A stretch of DNA of 64,000 bases. It comes from Ascidiella aspersa (lineage: Eukaryota). Below the pieces are notes generated by a model. The model was not told the origin of the DNA, made no database searches, and worked only from the letters and a program-made list of their open reading frames with translations. Below, piece by piece: positions 12,901-24,900 of the stretch. The stretch covers positions 9,672,001 to 9,736,000 of the forward strand of contig OZ004612.1 of NCBI GenBank assembly GCA_963924565.1, given 5' to 3'. How positions within the stretch are numbered: the first letter of the stretch is position 1; each line of letters starts with the position of its first letter. The position numbers and the translations under genes are program-made.

Positions 12901-15900
12901 ACAGGAGCTTTGCATTGCGTCGAAAGCGTTTTGCTACCGAAGCATATTTTGCAGCAACTGTTCATCCAGTACAGCTGGGGCCCAACTTTCGCTATAGTTT
13001 TTTTGTGCGTCACACATTATCTCGTTTCCGATTCCGCACTCGCCCCCGCTTTAACGTTACGCCAAGCGCGACTTGTGTAATATGCACTGTGCAACATCTC
13101 AGTGTAGATGTGCTGGGAGATTCAATTAGAAAGGAACGAGTGCCAAAGTTGCTACAGATTTGATGTTTTTGTCAAACCAGGCTTTTTTAATCGAGGTATT
13201 AAGGAATAAGTTGTGTAAGGTAAAATAAAATTCCTTAAATTGTAGTCTGTAAATCTTTTAAATGACATAACCATTGGAGTGATTTTTAAAACTTCTCGAC
13301 AGTGCAGCAAAAAGACACCAGAAATAGGTTTAAATTTTAGTTGTACATATAAAGCCAAGCGGTAGCCCTTTATGTACAGCCCACTTTCGAAAAGCCATTA
13401 GAACGTTTGTAAACCGTGATTTATTGACCACTACAGGAGCTGACCGACCTGCAGAAGTCAGTTCCCGAGCTGACCATCGACAACGACCGACTGCAAAAGG
13501 AGAAGGACTTCCTCATGGTGAAGCTGCAGCTGGCTGAGAAGAAGCTCAGTGAACAAGCAGCCGAGGCCGAACACTTAAGGGTGAGTGGATCGAAATTCAT
13601 GACCAATCATGACCAACTATTCATTTAAATAGAGGGATCAGGTGGCACTGTATAAAGACAAATTGTATTGAATTCTCGACCAGCTTTAGCACCAACGTGC
13701 TTCATCAGGTCATTTCTAATTTGACCTAATGAAGCACAGTTGTGCGAAAGCTTGTCGAGAATTTAGTACAACTTGTCTTTATACAGTGCCCACGATCCCT
13801 CTATTTAGAATTAGACAAATACGAGTCGACCATATACCAGGATTGCTAATCATTTAATCTTTTGCTCGAAGTTATTATTTGAGTCCACGTTCGCCAGTAA
13901 CTATACAGTTTCGGCTGGGTCGGGTTTAATGCACAAGGGGCCTGATCACTAAAAAATGGAATCTACCAATTGGAAAATAAGTGTATAGAAAAACTGAAAG
14001 CTTTTGGATGTTTTCCTAAAATTGTGTATTAATGCCCACAAGGCTCAAAAAAAAAAATTCCGTTTAATTAATGGTTCTCACTAATTATTGATTTGTGAAA
14101 CATCACCCGAATACCTTGGCAAAAATTATTGTGTAAGCCATCAGGGTTCAATTAACGAAACTGGAAACCTTTCCAAAGCGGAAAAAAAGCAACGATAAAT
14201 GAAAGCGCAAACAAAAACGCCAAAGTTTGTTTTTTGGTGGCATTTGGCCAACTGTATATTTAGGAAGTGACGTGAAAGCGAAATTGGGTGTTGCTGCGAA
14301 ACATCGCCTTGCCTTAGTTCGGGGAACCTCTTTAACTCGGCCGAACCGCCCCATAACCTAAAGCAGTGAAAAGGTCGCTTCCGAAGGGCGTCGAATAAGC
14401 AGCTCTCATTTCAGAATAACCTCTTGCCGTGCATTGTTTTGGCCCGCAAAATATCCGCTCTAGCTCACGAATTGCCATCCCATTCACATATATGGGCAAC
14501 CGCTCCTTACTTTTGCTTAGCTTGGCTTTTGTTTTTTTAGCAGTAATTAGCCAGTTGTATGGACACATTTATTTTTGGCTTTGGAGACCATAACATTGGC
14601 GAACGCAACTATTTTATCTAAGATCTAACTGCTAAGTCTGCTCTTCTTGCAGAAGTAGGCTATGTTTTAAAGGACTGTTTAAAAAATTTAATAGACCGTT
14701 ATTATCCTTAAATCAATTTGAAAGGCGCTTTGCATGGGCATTTGGGCAAAATGTGGTCATTTTCTCAAAAAACAGAATCGCCATATAAAGTGAGAATATA
14801 TAGCTTTTCACAGTAGCCATGTAAACCGGCTTGATGGTCATTCGGACCCAAATGTCACCGGACACTTGTCACCGAGCATCATCGCTGACTCACGAAACTT
14901 CAAACTAAGTTTTACTTTTCCCGTTAAGGCGCCTCACAGGTAGCAAATCAATTGCTCACTCATAACGAGATTGGTCATCCCATCCCTGCACACACAAGCA
15001 CACACGAGCACAGATCACCTTCTGCAATTAACAAGCGCACCCTTCAGTGTAGAACAATTCATGTATCCTGAAAATAGTCGCCAAGTTATCACGTTTGCAC
15101 CCGTCTGCCCCTCCGTGCCTTTTTTTGCTAGAGCGCGCTACAAAAACCTTGCATTTGGTGTTGTTGTTGTTGTTGTTGTTGTTAATCTGTTGTTGCGCGA
15201 CGTCCAAATCCCAATTAGGTCGTTTTCGACTTCATTCCTGCAGCGCCAGGCAGAAGCCCACTTGTTTATGTTGCGGCAGCGCAGCGAAAAGGACTCGCCG
15301 GTCAGTATGCACCCGGCTAAACCCACTCGCCATTAGGGATTAGGGCCGTTGATTGCGCCCTGTGTAAGCATTTGAGAGCGCGCTGCCGCTAGTTCGTCGA
15401 TTTTCGCTCAATAAACGCGAGTTTAAGCGTTCGTCGAGCGTAGCTGTGAATCGACCGCAACGCTAAAACTGGACGGACGTCGATACGCCATTGTTTGCAC
15501 GGGTGAGGTTGAGAAAACAGACAAGTTCGTTGAACCAAGGGGCATGCTAGTTTTACCCCATGGACCCATGGTGCCTAAGAGCAAGTCAAAGTTAGCTAAG
15601 CGAAAGAGAATGAAAGAGACAAGTCGTGCGAAAATAAGAGAAAGAGAGGTCAGAGCTACCTTTTTCTTTTTTCCTTCGCTGCGAATCTTTAGCTTCTCTC
15701 TCGGCGCGAAGGCGGCTCATATGTCGCCGAGCCTTGCGGGGGCGAGTGTATAGGCTCAGAACAGTTACAAAGCCTGTGAGAGTGTGTAGTGTGCAGCCGT
15801 TGTATCCGCCGAGCTAAAGTACAGTAGTCCGGCGTGGGATCTCAGGAAATGCGTTGGCCTGGCCGCGCTAAACCGACGTGGCGTGAGTCTCTCTTTTTAC

Positions 15901-18900
15901 CCATTAGTTATAGACCGGCTACGGTTAGCGGCGCTTTCTTTTAAGTATTAATAACAACAACAACATGAGTAGTCTCCGATTTACCAGGCGTTCCGGCCTT
16001 GCTGTTTTCGCTTGTTTACAGCGGACAACGCATCGCCGTATTGAACTTCGAGTGCGAGCCACCAGGTTTGTTTAGGTTTCGAACTGTTTGTTGTTGCTGT
16101 TGTCGTCGTACAGGTTTCTTTGGTTTAGATTGGGCGATCGTTGGTCAGCATAAGAGCAAAGGGTTGACCGAATAACAAAACACCCATATATGTCAAGAAT
16201 AAGAAGCGACAAAATGAACTGTTTGGTAGGTGTCACAGCATTCCAGTTGGACAGATAAAAGTTAGATTTTAAAGAATAGTCAGAGATTATGTTTAGGCGT
16301 GTAGACCCTTTCGTCAAAGGAAGTACTTTGTAACAGGCATATAGTTACAGACTTAGTTCGACAGTTAAAAGTTAGTTTATGGTAGCGATTTTGTTTAGAT
16401 TTTTAGACTCTGTCGTCTAAAGGCGTACTTTGGAACACGAAAATGCTGTTAAGGTGTTTCGTAATGCCTTGCTTTAGCGATTACGTTACCTCCCCTGTTA
16501 TGTGGAAACCTTATGCTTGGGAACTTTGAGCCCCGCTTCTTGCAAGGCCAGCTATAGTTTGCTTCAATTGTTCCGGGTGCCTTGTTTAATACGCAATTGC
16601 GCGCGGCTATGTTGCCAAAATCACATACCGCCAGTTGCACAGAAACTTTACAGTAGACAAAAGGCAGATGGCTTAAATTTGTTTTTTGCGCCATTCAAAA
16701 CTGCATTTTGGCCAGTTGACAGTATATTATTCAATGATCTATTTCCTGGCTAATTTATTAGTTTAGTCATTGCCAGTAATCTGTAGCGCTTTTTTTTGTG
16801 GTTTGTACCGTAGTATTACGTTTTCGTAGATTTTAGGTGGGTTTATTTATGCATGTTTAAAATGCAATAATCACAGATAGACACTTCATACTCGTTTTTT
16901 TTTTACTAAATGGTTTCGCCGAGGCGCTGTGACGCAATTGCAATTCTGCATCGTGCCATTTCGGCCGCTTTCTTTATTGTGACGTAACGCCGCGTCGTGC
17001 TGGAGACCTTGATTTGAACGTGACATATGCTCACAATCGTGCGCGCTAAAAACACCGCCAGCAAAGCAGAAAAATTGACATTTTCAGTCTTCCCAATTTG
17101 CCTTTTCCGATTGCCGTCAAATTCCAGTCAGTGCACCACTGATAGGTTGACCCCCCTCAACCTATCACGCATCGAAAGGTTATCTGGGTTCTGGCAGACG
17201 TGCACTCCTGTTGTGGCGCAGACAAGAAAGGGCCACTTGTTTTTTTGTGTGTGACTCTTAGTTCGCCGGGCGCTCGAATTTAGCGCGGTGCAACGGGGTT
17301 TTGGGTGGTTGTTGACACCGTCGCAAGTGTCGCGTGTTTTTTGCTGGAAACTTTCCAGAAGCAGAGAGTTTTACGACCCGTTTTCAACAGGCTCGTTTTT
17401 ATCCTTTAAGTTACAAGTTACCGCGGAAATTACTTTTACCGCGGAAAATTTTTCAGAAGCTGGAAGTGTTGCGACTGTCTTTAGCAGGCCACTCATTGAT
17501 ATAAAAGGTTCTCAGTTTCGTCTGAAATTACCTAATAATCGTTGTGGGAAAAATGTGCCCCGGAGGTTTCCTTTTCCAAACGCACGTTCGACATTGCAAC
17601 GTGTATTTTCGTTTTCGTCTAATATAAACAACCAACCCCTGTTTAGCCATTTGTCTTCGGTCAACTTGTTCATGTGGTCAGCTTCGGTTGTGTATTCCAG
17701 CAATTTGTAGCCAGAACGTTTCAAAGTGCCACCTATTCGCGCCAATTACGCGGTTATGATTTCGATCGGCAATTAGTTTGACGGCGTACAGTATAGCCCA
17801 CTCGAAATCGTGAACTATTACAAATTGGGCGAGTTCACACATGAAAGGCAATTTACCGGCAGCGTTTATGTCATTTTTAAAGAAGGAACACGTAATGCGT
17901 TAATAAAGTTAACAATGTTTAAATGTCACGTTAAGTAACGAAATTGGCTTCGGGCATGTTAATTCCACACATAACTAGTTGTTTGGGTTTTATAATTAGA
18001 TGACGAGCTTAATGATTTTAAGGCAAATCGTTTTCGAACGCAAGTACGTTAATTAATATGTGCAAAAAAATAGCTTCGTAACACTAGTTTGGTTAATTAG
18101 AATTCAATATATTGCCCTTTCGTTCGATATTTCGTTAAGGTAAGACAAGTTGGTCTTATGCTAAGTAAACAACATTTCCTGTCAAATTAGTGTGCCCGAA
18201 AATAGAACACGTACGACCTCCGGTTTGCATTTTGCTAAATTTGTTTTAAACGAACGCCAGGTGTCCAATTTTACGTCATTTCTTCTTCAGTCAGTTTATA
18301 ATTTAGGTTTCTTCTACATAGCTCGAGTTTCTCGTTCTTGATGTAAAAATTGCGCGAAAAAGAGAGAAAAATTTGGATTTGTACTCTTTGATGCTGGCTT
18401 TGTGTTACGTAGCGATCGAACTTAGCCTGTATAGAGAGGCAGCCAGCAGCCGTCGTCCGCTATCGATTGCATTTCGCCGCTCCTGCCTCTATCGATCCGA
18501 TTTTTCTACCGAGAGCCTCGCTCACGCATTGCAATATATTGCCGCGCCGCCAAATTGCGTTTCCCAACCCTCTCCTGACGGCTCGGTAATTAGAGGTTGC
18601 AGCAGCACCACGGCCGCCTTTTCTTTTGCAGCATTTTGCCTAATTAGGTTCCACGGCGCTGTTTTTGCCCTTATTTTATGTCGCTAACAAGCCGTTGCAA
18701 ATCTATACAGCGGTGTTATACTGAACTTGTTTTAGCAAAGGATTCAAGCGTACAGATTTTTTCAGGTCCGGCCAACGCGTTACATTTTTTGATATATATT
18801 TTTTTGGAAGCAAAACGCGATTTATTGTCCAGCTAGTGGTAAAATCTGTATCCTTTTCTGTGCATCGAAAATGTCACTCAACGTACCGCAAAGAGTTAAT

Positions 18901-21900
18901 CATTTTTTCAGTAAACCTGGCTTTTGTTTAACGTCCACATTTAAAACTTAAAAAGACCGCTCGTTGAGTAGCCCTTTATGCAGGCTCGCGTTCTATTCTG
19001 GTATGCTAAAATTGAAACAAAACTTGCATTCGGGACAAGCTTAATTGATGGTGCGCTGACCTGAGCTAGGTGCACAGGCCTTTTTGTTTGTTGTTCTTGC
19101 ATTTCGATCGCTTTAATCCGCACTTTGCCCGCCGATAAACGACCCACGTATTTACACAGCCGAGTCGTTTGCCCGCATTGAAATAAATAAGCGACATCAG
19201 GTCAAAGTCGCATCGTGCACTTGCCTTGACCGAGTGGCTTGCCGCGTGCCGCATTTTGACTTATGCTTCAAATGCTCCATCGCTGGCCTTGGCCGCTAGG
19301 CTCGCTTGAACATTAACTAAACCGCTGGTTCTTAAACGCTTCACCTGCAGCAACCTCTTTGTTTGTTTAAAAAACTAATGAAGAACCCCATTGTTCATTA
19401 TTTGTTTAAACCGGTAAAAAAACAATACTAACGTGTTAAGTATTTACAAGCAGTCTAATGGTTTATTTGTTTTTAAAAGTTATTAAGAAGTATGTGCTAT
19501 GGCTTATATATTTTGTCATTTAATCAATTAAAGAATGTGCGCACCCGGTTTAAGAACGCCTAAATAGCTGTTAATTTTTTTTTCGGTTTTTAGTTCGGTA
19601 CCCCGGGTATACTTATAAGTACATTACCAACGCCGGGTTAATATCCGAATTATTTTTCGTCGGTGTATTAAAAGTTAAACATTAACCATCCCACGTCCGT
19701 GTGGGGGTGGCCTGTTGCTCATTTAATGCTTTTCCACGTCGTCGTAAACTTTTTCTGCGCCGCCGTTGACGTTTGTTGGCTTTTGGTCGGGATTGCGAAA
19801 TTCACTTGCAATGTTACCGACAAAACACAACCCTTGTTACATTGTGCGCCTGTTAGGCCTTATAAGGTGCCCTGCGAACCAAACCTAATACTTTCGCTTT
19901 CGAATGCGAAAAACAACAGCCTTTTAAAAAGTCGGTGGAAAGAGAAAGTGTCGGGGGTTTCTGCGAGTTGGAAAAACAACTGTCCCCGTTCTATTTTCGA
20001 GCGAAGTTTAGCGCCTGAAAGGTTGCATTTCCCCGTCGTCTCGCGAATCTGCGGTAAATTCCTGTTTGTGGCGAGTGCAGGCTTCCTCGCGCGCGCAACT
20101 CGACGTCATCCGAGCGTTGTCCTTCCCCTAATGCCGTCAGTTGTCGACGGGCAATTTCGTTGACGGCTAAGTTGAGTGGGAACTTCGGTTTAGTTTTTCC
20201 CCACATCTGGATTGATTGCATTTTCCTCGAAATTTCGAGAATACCAGAGTGGTTGACGCCCGCGTTGACGCTATAGGCAGAGTTCAGTTTCGAACTCCCG
20301 CGTATTTTCCCTGGGCTGCAAGTTTTCAGTCGTAAAAGCTCCGAGAACGCTTTTTTGGCGGCTTTGTTCGCTTACAAAAGCAGCGGACTCTTGTCCGACT
20401 ATCTGTGTCGTGCACCAGGCCTGATAAAAAGAGCAGAAGAACTGTGCGTCGAAAGTTTAAAATCTCCTTTGCTCGGTATATAGTAGAACCTAGTTAAGTT
20501 GAGAAGACGGAAAGCGTTGGGTAAACATGAGGTAATATCGAACCCCATATGTGGTTAGGACGATAAATTTTGTGGACGTGTCGAACTTTCTAATACGAAT
20601 TAAATCTTATTCGAAGCATCCACATAATGTTGCCTTCTTTAGTATGAGCTTCGATATTTTTCTGCCGAAGTTGTTTACTTGTTTTGCGATCCCTTTCCGT
20701 CGCAACAAGTCGTACGAGCTACAAGACTAACGCGTGTAATACAAGGCCGACGGCATGTCGCCCCACTCTGCCATGAGCAGCAACAGCAGGCGTGCAGCTG
20801 TTTTGGAATGCCGGCACCCGGTTCCCGCTCTTGATGGCGCTCGTAAAGCGGTCAACGGAATTCTTTTCCGACCTCTTTAGCCTTGTGGCCGCCGCGTGTG
20901 TGGCTCAGCTAACTGAAGTCGCGACTTGAGTGTCGCCTGTGTGCTTAGCCTTAACGTCCCCGGGATTTGAGTTATGCGTTATGCGAGCGCTCGTTTTAGT
21001 TTTATAGTGTGGCTTCAAGTTACATGAGGGAATATTGGTAATTTATTGGTCGCGTGTTGCATTGGGAGTAAGTGTTCGCGTTTGAAGGCGTTTAATTAGG
21101 AGAAATTTCTCATTGCTTTTATTGGATATTGTCTCTCGTTTACAACCTTTTGGGTTTATGTCAGTAGTAACAGGCAGCATTAAATACGGTAATCATGTCA
21201 GGCAGTATCAACCAGTATTACTTCAAAAAGATATACTATCTTGTGCCGCCAGGCCAAATCACAGGACTGCCTTTGACGTGCTTTTGTTTTTACGTTTAGC
21301 ATACACTATACAATATAGGGTTTAGTTTTACGAGTAATAACAATTGTGGCGCGAATCCAAACTGGCTGCAATGATTCTGACCGAGTCGAGTATGCTGCAG
21401 AGTCCCATCCACGTCTCGTCTTCCCAACGACAAGTGAGTTCTATAGAACGTCCGGGGTTGGGGCGACTTTACAACATACACACATACAGATAACATACAG
21501 TTGTTGCCCTTGCATACTAAAAGTTGTTGCCCTTGCATACTAAAAGTTGTTGCCCTTGCATACTAAAAACTTATTATTACGAGAATTACTCTCCGCTTTA
21601 TGCGAAATTTTGTCAAAAAAACGGGGTTAATATACGTATCATTAAATAGCGTAGCGGTGGCATTAAAAGCGTCTTAAATTGCGTAGGCTCATATTTCGAG
21701 TTTTAAGTGTTTTACTCTCATTCTGTGGTCTACGTCGGGCCACACTGCTTGGAATATATTACTAGCGTATGTGATTTTCAGCCCAGCTCGGGTTAACGTG
21801 TACCAACACGCGTACAACAAAAATCGTCGTTTCTCGCGACAAGGAAATGCCACCGCTACGCTGTTTACATTATGAGCTCATAAACGTAAACAAGCGCGAG

Positions 21901-24900
21901 AGCACGGCGACCGGGCATCGCCGTCATCATCACCGCCTTTTGTTGTTGCTTTTGTAACTATACAAAGATGCCTCGAAACGGAAGAACGCCGTTAAACCCA
22001 ACAGCGCATACTTCCTTATGCAAAAGTACTTGCATCTTTGGAAACGCGCTTAGCACTCGGGAGAACTGCATCTCAAAATAGATAAGTTTTGGGCTTGCCC
22101 GTAAGTGTGTTGCAGATTTGGACGACTGCCACAATCTTTAGTAGTCTTTTAAGTAAATGCGCAAGTTATGCCAATAAACGTTTGGTATTGTTGAAATTTG
22201 CTGTCCAACCTAAGAGCAACGCCGCTTTTGATGGTTGTTTAAACAATGGCACTTCCCCGAAAACTCTTTGAGCAAATCGTCCGAGCGATACTCACTACTC
22301 GTCCGAGTCGAATGACGCCCAAAAGTAGACTCCATTGCCAATAAAATAGCACTCGAGTAAAAACTCGATCCGAAAACAAAAGCACATATTTGACATCAAA
22401 AAGTGAACATCGTTGCCTTTCCAAATACCGCAGCTGTAAAGTAAAACAAACTAAATCCCCCAAAAAACAAAAGTGCATCTTTCAAAATTCACCCAAAGCG
22501 CCAAAAAAGTGACCTCGAATTGACCCGGCTCCTTTTTCTCTTCTCTCTCGCCAGGCGTTGGTCTCGGATCACCTGGGCGACGACGCGAACCACAGCGACC
22601 TGAAGCAGCAGTACGTGCATCTTCTCAATGAGCGGGAACAGCTCATCCAAATCCAGGAGTCGATGAGCAAGGAGCTGCGCGGCTCCGAGGAAGAACGCAA
22701 GAAGTCCCAGGACCTCCAGGACGCCTTCAAGGAGCGCCTCCGCCATCTTGAAAGAGAGCTCTCGCAGTCCAATACCGAGAAGTCACTACTCGAGAAAAAA
22801 GTCAAGGTGGGTCGCTGGTCTGCGGTCTTGAATTCTAAAATAATATTTTTTTTCACAAAATTTTGTATTTTGAACCTAATTTTTTAGGACCAGGCAAAAA
22901 ATAAAAAAGTGCCTAACCGTTGGGCATTTTTCGATGATTTGTCGAAATTCAGTCAATGCTTCTTGCATTTTTCTTCGACGAATTTTCTGTTTGTGGCCCA
23001 TTTTTTTAGCACACTGTCTATTATGACGACACAGAATATGAATTTCAAAAAATGCCCAACAATCCAGATTTGCCTATAACTTTATTTGATACACTATATG
23101 CATTTAAAACAAGCTATCCATTACTCCGCTTGCCTAAAAAAACGATTCGTTGCTAGGAAACCAAGGCGACGATGGAGGAAGAGCACAGTGACGTTGTGCA
23201 GCGGCTTGAGGAGGAACTGCGCAAGGAGCGGCAGCGAGTGACCACGATCACGGACACGCTCCAGGCTCCCGGAGTGGATGCAGGGAAGAGCATGATGGAG
23301 CTCGTCGACTCACTACAAGGAGAAAAGCAGGTTTGTGTTAAAACGGAGGGATTGGAGGATTAACGTTTTGTTCATGGGAGAAGTTTGGGAGAATATGCGA
23401 ATTGCGAACCACAAAGGGTGGAAAATAGATATAAAAACAACTTTATTCAAAAAGATCACAATATACTTTCTGCGTAACACTAGTATACTGCTCTTTTTGA
23501 ACAAAAGTTTTAGATATTTGTAATACCCATTGTGGTTCTGTTTGGATCTTACGATATGGATAGGAAATTAATAACTAACAGTGTTGGATAGGCTTAGGTC
23601 CCAATATAAACAATAAAAATAATGGCGATATTCATATTTTGTCAACTAGTTTGTTTTTATAGGTTTTATATTTTGGCAAGTTATGTTCAAAAGTTGCCTA
23701 ATCAGTTTCGAAAATGACTAACCTTGTTAGCGTTCAGTTAAATAAAAAATGGAAAGGCGCCAAAGAATGTTTAGTTTGCGGTTTCCGTGATAAATTAAAC
23801 TAAAAATATCGGCTTGAAACCTATAACAACCTGTTCAACTCAAGGCTTGGTATATTTTTAAGTAACGTACTCTGCGTTGTGGCTAAATCTCCCAAAAACT
23901 CATTTTAACCATTTTCACATCACTTCATTCCACAGGAGCTTGAAGATCGCCTTCTGCTTCTCGAAGACGACTTCAACCAGTGTCAAAACGAGAACGAAAA
24001 GTTGGACGCGCGAGTCGCCGAACTCGAGGAGGACTTGGAAGCAACCAGAGCCAGAGTGAGTATCTTCATTTTTGCTATGTAAAGTTGGTTCGCACTAGAC
24101 GTCAAGTTTACACAAAAACGGCAAATTTCCTTGCTTCTAACCGAAATATTTCAACTTTTCGCAACCAAAATCGTTTTTTAAAGAACGTTTTACTTTAACG
24201 TCATTCGCGTCTAGTGCGAACCAACCCTAACGTGTGAAAAACGCACACGCAAAGGCTTTATTTTCGCAGTGCTTACGGTTTGTTTCACTGCTCAACCTTT
24301 GCGAATTGGGCAGAGCAGTGCCGTCTGGCCTTCCACAATTTGCGTTCAATTTTGTCGGAAATTGTTTTTCCTTTCCTCTTTTCCGCAGTCTGTCCCTTCG
24401 TTGCCCCCGAATCATTTAATTCCCCGTCGGTTGCAGATCGTGCAAGAATGGCCCGCTGTTTTGGCAGCTCACTGAAAGAGCGCAATTTTGCATTTTGCAA
24501 ACGTCAACCTAAAAACGTGACCCGTGTCCTTCGCCAGCACGAAAAATAATAATATTGTGGAATGTTTTTTGAACACGCCGTCGATCAATTCAAATCTAAA
24601 AACAAGGCCAACCCGCTAAAAAACACACGGATATTGGCAGTTCCGCGAATAGGCTTTTTTATATTTAAATCAGTCTGCAAAAAGGCGCGCAGAAGCGAAA
24701 ATAACCCGACTGCGTGTTTTTTGCAAAATAAAGGATGATCCTTGACACATATTTGGCGCCGATTCGTGATTGACAGGGTATAATCTGACGTCTTATTTAA
24801 GATGCGTGATTGTAGTTTCGAGCAACGAGTGAATACTTGTTTCTGCGTGTCTAGACCATTATGACTGTCTGACGAAATGGCAAGTAACGAAAGACCATGT

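Noticed and set aside
17288-20163. 140-aa and 154-aa plus-strand ORFs in the long intron
   Set aside because: Non-ATG starts, no recognisable domain, and none of the C/G-ending codon bias of the true exons.
21499-21567. 23-bp direct repeats resembling a CRISPR array
   Set aside because: The units are contiguous with no spacers, there are no cas genes, and the setting is a eukaryotic intron.
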